Of a DNA stretch of 64,000 bases, positions 51,603 through 64,000 are shown in pieces. Made by a program: the position numbers and the translations under genes. The DNA comes from Auanema rhodensis. Its lineage: Eukaryota > Animalia > Nematoda. The DNA is taken from assembly GCA_964057225.1 (NCBI GenBank), contig OZ059896.1:14694001-14758000 (forward strand). Direction: 5' to 3'. Position 1 is the stretch's first letter, and every line of letters begins with the position of its first letter. The notes beneath the pieces are model-generated. The model saw only the letters and a list, made by a program, of their open reading frames with translations, was not told the DNA's origin and searched no databases.

Positions 51603-51828
51603 AGCCTTATCAGGCATTCAAAAATTGCGTATATCACCCATGTTTCGGGTAATTAGAAAAAGTTTTTCAACCAGCAATAATCGCACCTCGGCAAAGCTTC
51701 ATTGGTCACGCGATGTTTGACTGAAATGATGGTTTTGGATATTCCCTCTGAGGTTTTCACGTGTTTTACGTAATTATTGTCACCTCGGCAAAGCCTCATT
51801 GGTCACGTTATCTCTACTGCGCCGAGCT
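51603..51828 (-). pseudogene. Split U4 snRNA gene: 5' part 51828-51781, 70-bp insert 51780-51711, 3' part 51710-51603
   Basis: Minus strand AGCTCGGCGCAGTAGAGATAACGTGACCAATGAGGCTTTGCCGAGGTG is a U4 5' end; CGTGACCAATGA(G/A)GCTTTGCCGAGGTG occurs on both sides of the insert. Confidence 0.85.
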
Positions 51829-52185
51829 GTCCATCAATAAATATTATATATAATAATTATAATAAACGTTATCATTATAGAACTTTTTACGCATAAAAGT
51901 TAAAAATTTAAAGCAGCAGCATTTTCAAAAGCTCATGAATACATTTAATTAGTTAATATTTTTTTTAATTTTCATCGATTGTTGTTGTTTTCTTGATTGA
52001 ACTTTTGTATTATTTTTGATATTTGTATATAAAAACTTGAATAGATAACAGTTAGAACATTCATTGATAGAATTTTAGGGAAAACTCGCCTGTTTCCATG
52101 AAAATAGATTTTGAAATGATTATTACAGACTCGTACAAACTATAGACAGAACTTTTGTGAGATCAGTTGACAAACAGAGAGTGTG

Positions 52186-52197
52186 GGAGAGAGAGAA

Positions 52198-52254
<57 letters not shown>

Positions 52255-52263
52255 AGAGATAGA
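52186..52263. repeat. (GA)n microsatellite
   Basis: Direct read, downstream of egl-21 stop. Confidence 0.9.
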
Positions 52264-52382
52264 GAAATAGAATGATCGAACAAGAGAAACGCAAAGTTAA
52301 AGAAAATTAGAGAGAGAGAGCATTTGATATCTTCATCTTCAAGACGAAAAATATAGTTTGTGATTATATTATTTTCTCTGAT

Positions 52383-54770
52383 TTATTGGTTTCCTTGAGG
52401 AAGATCATACATCTCGTTTAATTCCGAAACAATGTCGTCAAGTTGCTGAAACTGAAAATAAAACTTGAGTAATATTTGAAGTATTTTTAGGACTAACATC
52501 AACAGGATCGGATGGCATTAGTTGTTTCAACGAGAAGTTTACAACCTGAGCACTATCGCGAACTTTGTTAGTTACAGTAACCTGAAATACAGTATTAAGA
52601 ATTTTAAAAATTAATTATATACATTTCGAGCAACTGGTTCATATCCTTTAGCCAAGACTTGGACCTCATATGTTCCTTCAGGCAATATACGGTAATAATC
52701 TCCATTAATCCCTAAACATGTATATGAAAATTGAGATTTTTTCATATGCTTCAACTAACAGGTTGTCACTGGATGAGCAACAGTCTCAGTCTTGTTCATA
52801 ATCCATATTCCTGCATTAGGGATGGGCTCGAAGGTTTCAGCATCAACAACAACTCCTTTGATTCCGGAATGAACCTGTATATTTGATATAAGCATATTGA
52901 TAACAGAAAAAAATGTTACCTTGAACATATATTCCATCAAAGCTTTTTTGTTGTCTTCCCAATATTGAGGCAAAGCTTTTCCTGCGGGCATCTGAAAGAA
53001 AAACCTGAATCGAGAGAAAAACCCTATTGAACCTAACCTTTTCGCAACTCAATTCGACAGTGATTTCGAAGGAGTTTGAAGCTAAGTAATTGAAATCTTG
53101 CATTCCACCGCTGACAGCATACCATTTAGCTCCATTAGTGATTCCTCCTGAAGTTAATGATATCATTGTTGCCATCATCAATCGTTGTTTTGAATAACCG
53201 CCTTACCTTGACGAGCAAAAGCATCATTGCTAGTTCCATCACAAGAAGGATGATCATTCTTAGCCATATGAGCAGTGTTCTTGGCATAGCTCTCAGCCAG
53301 CCAACTGGAATTTATTTGATATAAAGTAGATGTTTCGACTTTCATACCGGAAAGTTCCATCATCTGGGGAAGCAGAATATTCACTGACTTCAGTAAGATC
53401 TTTAGCATAGTTAGAATCGAATGGATAGTTAGCAACTAGATCTCCTTCATGCAAGTTGGCAGAAAGAACAAATGGCAACTTCATGATCCAGCTAAGAACA
53501 GCGATAGTCTCTGGTTGACGTTCGATCTAGAACTCAAACATTTGCTTGATTTTTCTCATTTCAGCGAACCTCTCCTTCGTCTTCGTTAATAAGATCCATG
53601 AGGTGGTCAAACTTAGGAATCTCCATCTGCTTTAAGAAGTAGAAGATACGATCAAGATCGGGGAAATCTCTATATAAATATTAGTTTATAACACACAACA
53701 ATATTAAAGCCTTATTCCAACCTGTTCAAGTCAACACCATTAGCATTAGAACGTCCAGTTAACCAAGTACGAGCAGATGGCTCCTAAAATGTGAAAATAA
53801 TGGTAAATTAGTTGAAGAAAAGTTTTTAAAAAGTTGTAGTTTGTACTAAAAGAAAGAAAAACAATTAATTCCAAAGAGCCTACCGTATTCAATGAAAGTT
53901 CAAATCCATCAGGATTCATTGTTGGCATAATATGAATAGAAGTAGAATTGAGAAGTTGAATGATTTCCTGTAAATGTCATATAATATGCCATGTGAAGGA
54001 ACTTTAAGCTTAATATAGCTTTACCTTATCCTTATTCACAGCTCCATCACACAGCATGTCAGCTAAACGAATTAGAAGTTCACGTCCAATAGCTTCATTG
54101 CCATGCATATTTCCAATATATTTCATTTCTGGCTTCACTGTAAAGAACAAAAAAAGTAAAACTCTCGTTTTCACATCAATTCCATCATCATCCTCATCTC
54201 ATTTTTAGAATTCGAAGTTCGTTTGCAGCGATAAAAAACAACAAAAAAATTTTTGTAATTTTTTTTAAATTTTATCTTTTTATGAAAGACAAATAAGAAA
54301 TTTTTTGATTATATTACTCTAGAATGTTTCAATCTGGTTCTAGGTCGATGATAAGAAAATCATATGTCAGTCAAACATCTTCTAGCATATGATCTTCTTG
54401 AATATAAATATTTGTAAAGTTTTTCGGGAAAAAACGAGAGAATGGCGAATTCCCAAAACACTTGAAACTTGCTTTGTTCACCACCTCCTTCGACGCCAGC
54501 TTATTGAACATTGGTTACTCTTGTTGCGTCAAAATGATTTGAGAGTTAAACGCAAAAAAGGTAACTAGCTCGCCCCTAATGGGCCTTGAATGTTATTAAT
54601 TTATCAATGGAACTTCAATTTATGTTCTGAAACACTGAAAGAAGCTAAATTCTTTGTGTATGACGTCATAAGATTTTCGGATGTTCATAGGATTTCGGAT
54701 TTTGCTTTCGAAGGAAATACGCAGATGGCTTGTGCCTGCCAGTTCATTGAGCTAAATGAAAAGACACTTA

Positions 54771-54805
<35 letters not shown>

Positions 54806-56454
54806 CTATATAGATATATAAATGACTATAAAGGGAAGCTCATAATATAAGCTTATAGCATAGGCTATAAGCTTTGGATACACATAGGGCAAAGAGCTAA
54901 ATGAAGAATGAAGCATTTTGAGACTTCACGATGAAATGAAGCGATGAGATGAAGAAGAACTAGATGAGGATGACACTTTCTTTGATCTCTCACCCAAAAT
55001 AATATTTTATTATTTTTATATCTATTTAATGGAATCTTATTAAATTAATAAATAGATATAATTAAATTTATTTATATATTCCTTTTTACTTCTCCTGATT
55101 ATATTATATTAACTATTTTATTTACAAATATAAACCTAATCTTAAGTATTTTCTGAGTTTCAATGAAGTCAGCAATAAGCTGTAGAAGTACGAATTTCAT
55201 GAATTTTTCAAGCATTACCGACTATCATAAACCTCATTTCGATTCTCAGAATCAGCTACACGCTTGCACACACACACACCCACAGACAGGCATCTCATGA
55301 CTGTGTCACAGATACATACATTTACAGATGATTCAGAAAGAGAGAGTTAACTTACACATACATATACGAATACGGTATGATGACAATTCTTTTTTTTATT
55401 TTATTTTCTTTGATAAAAATTCACAAAACGAATTTTGTTCATAATTATTCTCACATTTTCAGAATATTTTTAATCAAAAAAAAAGCAAAAAATAAGTAAA
55501 TGAGAAGGAACTGGGAAGGACTTACATGCAATATGCTCTCCAGGAGTTGTAGAGAAGTGGATTACAGCCAAATCACGATCTTCGACCGATTTTCCAATCG
55601 AGTAAAGAGTTGTAATCTGCAAAAAATATATTTCTTCCGACAAAAAATCCTTTCTTTTGGTCCCTTTTTCGATAATTTTTTTTCATTTTCATAAAAGTAG
55701 AAGTAGCATTGATGCTACTAATAGACCCCATCTCAACTAATGAGATCATGAGCACGAGATATATTGGAAGCGAAAATGAAAATTATTTTTAAAACTTTTT
55801 TTTCTTTTCTCAGTAAAAGTTATATTAATTTTGAAAAGAATATTTTCTATTACACTTTATTAAGCTATGTTTACAATAATGGGATGAAGTACGATTTGGA
55901 ATAGAAAGATAAAACCACAACAGACGAAGAACTACAGAGGAGAATCTTTCGTTTCGAAAATAAATTGAGCACATTTTATATTTCTAAATAGGCAAACACC
56001 TCGTTTTTTGATTCGATTTTTGATTATTTGATTCGCAATATCAAAAAATATAACATGAATAAGCTTGTTTCCATCAACTTACAACTTCATTCAATCGCGT
56101 CATGTGATGGAAGCTCAAACTAAACATTCATCTCCCACCAGCCTAATTCAAAAAGAAGCACAATACCCTTTCTCCTTTTAAGAACTTATGCTTCAAAATA
56201 AAACTTGCTCAGATGTTGAGATTTAGCAACACTATAGTTTGCTTTGAGGTGAATGATTTTAGAGAAATGTTATTTTATGTTGAAAAGATGAAAAAATTAA
56301 AATGTCAACTCACGTCTGGGCATTTTTGGTTGATCTGTTCAAGTTTGTAGATAAGTTGTTCATGGTTGTGATATCGACTCCATTCATCAATTGGAGTGGC
56401 TGATACAGCCCAAAACAGGTAGAAAACGAGCTGAGCCCGCATCAGAAGAGCCAT
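52383..56454 (-). CDS. egl-21: Carboxypeptidase E (M14B, neuropeptide processing); multi-exon
   Basis: Signal peptide, [19 protein letters not shown] (exon ~55526-55616), [67 protein letters not shown]; single domain, no TM. Confidence 0.9.
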
Positions 56455-58756
56455 GAGGCTGTTGAAATGACTGCAGCGACGTGGGCGGAGGACGTGGAGC
56501 CGAGTAGGGCCTGAGGGCTGAAGCGAAAGAATCAATACGAGGCAGGGAGCATGTGAGAGAGCCATTAGAAAGAATGTGAGATAGAGTAAGAATTGAAGAG
56601 AAGCAGGCAATGAAAAGAAGCTAAAAAAGGAGTTAATGACGTCAGTTTGGATGGAAAGCAGCGACGGCATAGATGTTTCGATGTCGACGTCTGAACATCG
56701 AAAAAGAAGGAAAGAAAGAGATGGCGATATAGAAAGTTTGTGAAAGAAGGAGCAAAAGCAAAGTATTAAAAAGGAGAAAGAAGAAGTTCAAAGAAAAGAG
56801 AGAGAAAGTAATAGGTTACATAGATGAGCACATTAGTAGTATATTCATTTTAAAAATGGAAAAGTCTTTTTGATTAACTAATTGAAAACACAAAAAATAT
56901 ATAAATGAAGTACAGAAAGATAAAGAAAGAATAAATTCAACTTATAACTTGGTGAAGTTTATATAATTTCTTTTGAATAAAACAAAAATGTTACTGAAAT
57001 GTGACTGCACCTTGATGAAAGTTTTCCATTCTCGCCCCCCCCCTCTCCTTTTCCTCTCTTGTCTTCTTTTTTCTATCTCTATCTCTCTCCTATCCGCATT
57101 TCTTGCTCATCTTATCATCTCTAAAATTCTCTTTTCTCTTGCTATTTCGAGCAAAAAATATGTTGCTTGTTATTCTGTTTTTTTTTCTGCATCAGATAGA
57201 AAAAAAACTCAAATGTTGTTTCCCAGAATATGTCTGCTCTACCCTTTTCTCTCTATATCCTGTACTTACTAGCTTACTTTCTTTCTCTCTGCTAACTATT
57301 TATCCTTTATTCCCTCTCACTTATTCTCACTCTCTCAGTTTCTCTCTTTCTCTATTAACTATCTCACTGCCTTGAGAAGAATACTTAGATTGAAAATAGT
57401 TTCAAGTCTAATCACATATTCATTGTAAGATTTTTTTTTTGAAATAAAAAAAATTAAGATTAAAGAAAGTGAATGAAATAGCAATAGGCGAAAAGGGGGG
57501 GGGGGCAGAAAAAAACCTGAAGAAAATTCCTTGCAGTTAATTGCGCAAAGATCTTACTTCCCCCTTTTTTCTTTCTTTCTTTTGAAAAAAAATTATTTCC
57601 ACCAAGAATAATATCTTTTAGACAAAAATTTGTATGTACCATGTAGAATAGATGTATAAACAAGACTACTCATTGCTCTTTACCAGAGTGAAAAAGTCTT
57701 CAAAGCTACGAAGAAAAAAGATTTTAAAAGAAATTGAGAATGATGTATGATCAACATATACATATATTAGCTAGGATAAAACGGTTTTATTCGTTTTATT
57801 GTAGTCTCAGCTTTAGATATATCTTACTATATCAGTATCCGGTTCAACTATTTCTAAAAAGAAATTCACAAATTTGAGAGACATAGAAAGGGAGAGAAGC
57901 GGAGGAGGAAGGAATAGCGACGACTGAAGATTCAAAAAAATCCACCTCAAGTTTTTCTTTTTCCTCTTCTTCTCAAAAGCCATTTTATAAGAAATCAAAC
58001 TTCTAAACATCAGATCAAATAAGATTTTAAATTTTAATATTCTAATAATTACAAAAAAAAAAGAAATTTTTTTATAAAACTTAAATTATTTACATTATCT
58101 ACAAAATTATTCTCAAATCATTTATTTTGTTAAAATAAATATTCTAATTTAAATATTTTACTTTATTAATTTATTATTAATAATTAAAATGATATTTATG
58201 TTATATATATATACATAAATATTAATATTCAAATAGTATATACATGAACGAATATACATATGTTCATATTTCAAATTCGTTTTTTCGACAAAAAAAAGAA
58301 AGAAAGTGCTGTTGCTCAAGCTTTATAATGCTTATGCTGCTGTTGCTATTAAAGAAATTGTATGAACAGGAGATAGAAATAGTGGAACAAAAACAAGAAA
58401 AACAGTTCAACAAATGTGCAAATCTTGCATAATGATGTCAAACTTGAGATAAACATTTCTCTTCTTTTTTATTCATTTGTTTGTATTTTTCTTAAAACAC
58501 AACACTTATAAGGTTATTTTATAACAAAAAATTTTTTTTGAGCTTTTATATATACATATACATCTATATATATATATATGTATATATATACATACTCTCG
58601 GATAGAAAGAAAATTAATTTTTGAGAAAAATTTGTGTGCAAAGGAGACAAAATAGCTATTTTCGTGAAATGCTCGACCTATTATGAACTGGAACCTCTTT
58701 CAAACAACCAACCCACAAGCCCTCTTCCTCCCCCTCAGTTCTTCTTCATTATCTAT

Positions 58757-58836
58757 TTCTCTCTCTCACTCTCTCTCTCTCTCTCACACACACTTTCGCT
58801 CTCTCATTCTCTCTCTCACACACTCACTCTCTCTCA
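58757..58836. repeat. Compound (CT)n/(CA)n low-complexity tract
   Basis: Direct read. Confidence 0.8.
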
Positions 58837-59432
58837 TTCCTATTCTTTTCTTAAACAGGCTCTTTCGTAGTCATTTCTCAGTCATCTGTTACTTATCTTA
58901 CTATAATCCTTTTAAAGTTAAGTTCATAAGGTATTCTAGAATACAGTTGATATATGTATGTAGATGAAAGTGGGAACATACAAATAAAAAGTTGTGGGGG
59001 GGGGAGGCGTTTTTTGGATATGAACGAGAACGAAAGGAAAGAGAAATAAAAATAAAAACTCAAAATCATTATAAACAAAATGTAAAAAATAAATAAAAAT
59101 AGTTTATTAAAACAAAATATAATGAAAGTATTTGTTGAAAAACAGACCTTTTCATCATTTTCTGAAAAACGTTTTTAATCGGTTGCATTCATTAAAGTTA
59201 TATCATATTGGAAACAAGTCAGAGAAATTAATAAAAAATTAGTTTCATAAAATAGAAAATAGAAATATATTTATATATATATATATATATATGATGTGAT
59301 GTGATAATTACAAAAATATTTTACTTAGAATTGAGTTGAATCACCATTAACTGACTGCTCACGATCAATCGTTATCAATCGAGCAATAATCACCATCTTA
59401 AATCGATTATATATGAATTAATTGATATTTTC

Positions 59433-59498
59433 GATGAAATAATAGAATTTTATACCTTAAAATATATATTTTAAGGTATAAAATTATATTATTTCATC
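59433..59498. repeat. 66-bp spacerless palindrome (33-bp arms, 1 mismatch)
   Basis: GATGAAATAATAGAATTTTATACCTTAAAATAT followed directly by ATATTTTAAGGTATAAAATTATATTATTTCATC. Confidence 0.92.
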
Positions 59499-60453
59499 TA
59501 AAGAAAAGTTCAATGTACTTCAATTGTATAACTGAATATTCCAGGAAAGAATGAAGAAGAAGGCATCTCATTGTCGACGTCAATGCGTTTGGTCTCAGAT
59601 ATCAAGCAGAACTACATTCTACACACACACACACATACATGTATATGTATGTATAGCATATAAATAGTATCAACTGCTTCAACTGATTCTAAAAAAAATG
59701 AAATTTCATTAGCATTGATAACGGATTATAATGATTAATACGATGGGAATTTAAAAAAAAAAGAAGAAGAAAGACTTGTACTTCAAAAGATAAACGATGT
59801 TTTCTCGTTTACAACCTTATATACTAGTCTGAGCCTGATGAAATAAAAACAAGGAAAATCAAATGAGTGTCTATTACTTCATCAATTGGTTCCAATGATT
59901 GTTATTCACAATCCCAAAAACCATTTATCCATTCAATTATTAAAAAAAGATTTTGATTCGTAATCCACCCAAGTTCCGTTAATGTGGAGGCTGAGTCCGG
60001 TTTTCAGGTTCGTTGCCTGCACTCCATACGAGATCGATCCATCTCATATTGAGAAAAAATGTTTTATTGGCATTCAGAATATGCCATATCATTCAATTAG
60101 CCTCTATAGATTTCTAAGATTCTTCTGATGTCGTTATTCGGCTGAGAAAAACGACAATGAAAAGTTGCTGTTACCTTAGAAACAGACTGTTTTTTTTCGA
60201 GACAAAACTATATTTTCCCATTTTTTTCAATTTCTCCCCAACATCAAATGTTCTTTTTATTTTCTAATTAAAACTAAGAATTTCAAAAGGTTTGAGGCTT
60301 AATTATATTCTAATTATAGAAATTTGTATCGTATTTTCTTGAATAATATACATTCATCTGTGAATTTATCTAGTAAATTATTTTTTTAAGGACAAATAGA
60401 CAAGGTAATTGAAAATAATCAAATATTCCATTAGTCTCTCATCTCTTGAGAGT

Positions 60454-61836
60454 ATGTTCTCTTTAATATTTCTTCTATCAGTTGCTATTGGAACATCAGC
60501 TCAGGTACATAGCTTTGTTCATGAAACTTATTATGATTTTATCATTTATTTTTATATAATTCAATAATATTGAAGATATTCTGTCATAGTTGCTATGGTA
60601 ATTCATCAGAAATTGGAAAATATTGTTCAATTGATCATTTATGCACAGGAAAAGCCTGCTATTTTAGTACAGTTTAACATTTTTTTTTCAAAGATTTCTC
60701 TTTCTTTTTTTTAATTTTGTGTCAAATGGGGTTTTCTTATCTCAAAATCAAATTCAATCTCGTGTTCTGTACCATATTGTTCTCGAATGTTTGCAGATCA
60801 TGATGGACTAGGCGGCTGGGAAGCAGGATGCACTGATACAGATGATGCAACTCCAATCATAGCTTGTCAACTACGTGATGGCGTCAAATCTGGATGTACT
60901 TGTGCAGCAGATTTCTGTAACAAGTTTGATATTGGAGTTGAAGCTTTAAAAAAGTTCTGGACCACCGATCCACCATTGTATGTTTCGTGTGCAAAACGAT
61001 TTTCTGTAAATTGTGTTACTTAACGTCTTTGATATTTCCTATTTTCAGTAATGAATTCAATTTTTATCATCCAGTTGTCGAAAATAATATTATGTGTATG
61101 GAGTGTGGTAATGTGACTGTTAACGGCATAGTGAAACAGATTCCATGCACTGAAGAAACTATGTGTACTGGCCAGCATTGCGTTACAAGTTGGTATCAAG
61201 CAAACTTTTCATGAAATAAGGTTTTATATTAATAGAAAGAGGTGAACATCCACGTTCTTTTTGTGGAACAAGTTGGGAAACGAAAAACATTAATGTTGGT
61301 TTTAATTCAATATTAAGCATATTATTATCTATTTCTGGAAAGAATTTCAATTCAGGTACGATGCTACAAAGTTCCAGGATCAGAAGAAGAATGTATATGC
61401 CCTGAACAGCTTTGTAATGCCATTTTACCTCCTGAACCCATCGGAACAACAACTACAACCAAACCAACTACCATAACCAAAACCACAACCACAACCACAA
61501 CCACAACCACAACTGAGGCAAGCCGAACGACAAAGAAAGCAGGTAATATTGAAATATGAATTTAATTTTGATTCTTTTTTTTATTATTTACATTTGATTA
61601 CAGAAGGAGGCAGAAAGAAATGTAAGAACAACCTCAAGTTCTCACCTAACGCTCAAGCTGTATTTATGGGAGAAAAGTTGAAACAGCTGATAAATGGACA
61701 GTTCGGCAACAAAGATTTGAAGGTTTGCTAAATAATTCGACACCAGAACACAATCTTTTGATAAACATAACATTTTCAGAATTTTAATGGAGATATGGAT
61801 AGCCATATCTGCAATTATGCAGAAGGTGAAGCTTGA
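60454..61836 (+). CDS. Secreted protein with two Cys-rich three-finger/Ly6-like modules, Thr-rich stalk and short C-terminal domain
   Basis: MFSLIFLLSVAIGTSAQ|IFCHSC...CTCAADFCN; IMCMEC...CICPEQLCN; TTTTTKPTTITKTTTT; ends HICNYAEGEA*; GT-AG introns. Confidence 0.75.
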
Positions 61837-63429
61837 AAAAGTGCGATCGTAATGAAAATCAAATGACGAAGAAGGGCTTAACTACATCATAAACAACCCA
61901 TTTTTTCATTCATTTTCTGTACTCCAATATGAAAATAAGTCTTTTAGTTATGCATTCTACATGATATGGTTCAGAGAAATTATTGATTCTCAAACAACAG
62001 TATATACTATGTAGTTACACACCTTCATTATTTCTTCATTAATATTAACATTCCAGATGTTTTGAAGCATTTTCTTTTCTCTTTTTTTCTTATTTTTTTA
62101 CATTTTCTACTTTATAAAAGTTGTTAAATGAAGTAGATATCGTTCTGTTTTCAATTCAGCACCAAAATAGATGTATCTATCCATATGAGAAAGTGCTGCT
62201 GAACAAAAGAGCCGATCTAACTTCGAAATACACAAAATAGAAAACTTCAATAGTGTCAAGATCAGTTCATCTTATCGAATATACATATTAGGCGTGAAAT
62301 TAAACAGAATTGAAAAATCAAAATTAAAATTGATTTTTTAAAAAATGTTCAAATGGACGGCAACTGCATAACCTTTAAACTTTGAAAGGACCTTCGCATA
62401 GAATAGGGAGATAAATGACGAGCCAAAGGGACAACCTATTGTCTGTTTTAGGTCAGCTGACTGGCTTACTGAACAAGGGCGGTATTACCTGAGGGAGGTC
62501 AATGCAACCAAAACTGGAGCTCTCACTCACATGTACACTGTCATTCCTCTCATCTATTCAAACTCTCTGTGTTTCACTCTTTGTCAATGTGTATTCTTCA
62601 TCTTTCTCTTCGTTGTTATACACCTAATGTCTAACCGTCTCCAATATTAGTCTTCTCTCTTCCTTTTCTTGTCGTATCTGCTCTTCACGTCGTGTCTTCA
62701 TTTTCAGTCTAAAACATCATCACCTTACCTAGATTATTGATGACTCAACCGTTCATTTCAATTTTAAAACTTCATAACAAATAATAACACATTATTTGTT
62801 ATAATGATACTGAAATGTAAGATCAATTTTTATTTTACTATAGATTACGAAAATAAATCGCGATATTTAAAATTTGAATATTACAATTGTTTCACGTATT
62901 TCACGTGTCTAAACGCCTTACGTTCACTTTCATTATTATGAATTCAGACGAAATGTACGGTTGTGGTTGACTCAAATATTCAAAAGGGTAAACTAAATTT
63001 CTTTTTTCACATATATCTTGTATTATTTTAATAAATATAATAACAAATATCTTAAACTGTAGATGTAATTGAGAAAACTATATACATATTTATTGAAATA
63101 TATTTTATTTGTTCAACCTTTTAGGGTATCCTTGAATGATAATCGAATGTCCATATGTATATATGTATTAGATTGTCATTCCCTGAAAGAATCTATTGAA
63201 TGAATATTTATATAAAACCTTCTTTAAACGCCTGACTATCCATTCACAATCAGTTTTCTCATAAGCTTATGAACAGTTGAACATAGGTGAGACTGTTCAG
63301 TATTTGTATATTATAAATATCATTAACGATTATTATTATAACATAATGTTTTTCGTTTTTTTTTCTATATCAAAATCCTCGAATTCTTCAGAAAGCATGA
63401 TCCAATATTCCCAAAACTAAACTACCAGC

Positions 63430-64000
63430 ATGTCGTCGTCTTATTTCATCCCAGTCTCATTACCCAAATGGGAGAAAAATCTCAGTTATGCTGTGTGGAT
63501 ATTTCATTCACTTTCGGCTTTTGTGATATCATACTATGTGTCGAATGGTCCAGTATCACATTGGATTAAACATTGGTTAGACAAATCTACGTAAGTACTT
63601 TATACGTTCAATCAAAGATATTATTATGCATGTTTCCTAGTTATATCGAAGGCTATCAATTCGATAACTCTGACACAGAATGGAGAGTATTTCGATTAGG
63701 AATTGTTCATATGGCTACATCAAACTTAGTTAATTCAATCGGGTATAACATCTACAATTTAATTTAATTTTGAAGAAGAACTTTTAGTTTTCATTTAATT
63801 ACTAAATACTTACATGGAATCTCAGTTCAATACGCTTTAATATTCCTTGGGCTTGCTACACAAGTTCATATGACCAGGTATCCCTTCAAATCTGTTTCAT
63901 GGCTTCCTAGCATCGTCAACTTCCTTCCTTTCAGCTTGCCCTGTATGCTGTTAGTTCTAGCTTTTACATTTGTGGTGATATGGATAACTATTAAAACAAA
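63430..64000 (+). CDS. Hedgehog acyltransferase-like MBOAT protein, 5' part (runs off window)
   Basis: Four exons splice in frame: MSSSYFIPVSLPKWEKNLSYAVW..., YIEGYQFDNSDTEWRVFR (HHAT/GUP1-like DxxDxEW), then hydrophobic segments; largely missed by the ORF track. Confidence 0.72.

Larger units (their letters stand above)
44880..51780 (-). repeat. Inverted copy of the 6.4-kb unit (~1.1 copies), right arm
   Basis: Reverse complement of left-arm sequence including vit-6, two 5S and two U4-derived copies; period 6387 (one extra intronic T). Confidence 0.97.

Noticed and set aside
23893-51780. Autonomous transposon driving the amplification
   Set aside because: No transposase, RT or helicase ORF, no terminal repeats or telomeric TTAGGC seeds seen in the window.
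56973-59078. Hydrophobic/low-complexity ORFs in the egl-21 upstream region
   Set aside because: Translations of CT/GA/A-rich tracts without splice or motif support.
59970-60050. GC-richer patch with possible hairpins (miRNA/snoRNA)
   Set aside because: Pairing weak and no recognisable boxes or seed family.

Overview
AT-rich rhabditid-type nematode genomic DNA with many ~40-60 bp introns. Single-copy flanks carry amph-1 (amphiphysin), a truncated DEG/ENaC gene, phy-2 (prolyl 4-hydroxylase alpha, with two pairs of apparently mutually exclusive exons), a two-domain haem peroxidase, a GH1 beta-glucosidase, egl-21 (carboxypeptidase E), a secreted Cys/Thr-rich protein and the start of an HHAT-like MBOAT gene. 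The centre (23.9-51.8 kb) is an unusual amplicon. A 6,386-bp unit made of a complete vit-6 vitellogenin gene, a 5'-truncated U4 snRNA copy, a 5S rRNA gene and an inverted decayed vit-6 fragment is repeated about 2.9 times on +. A 199-bp satellite with (A-A-B)x4 higher-order structure follows, then about 1.1 units in inverted orientation, giving a large spacer-containing palindrome. The outer end of the amplicon lies inside a U4 gene split by a 70-bp insert flanked by a 27-bp direct duplication. Gene names come from recalled similarity to C. elegans proteins/RNAs; no searches were run.
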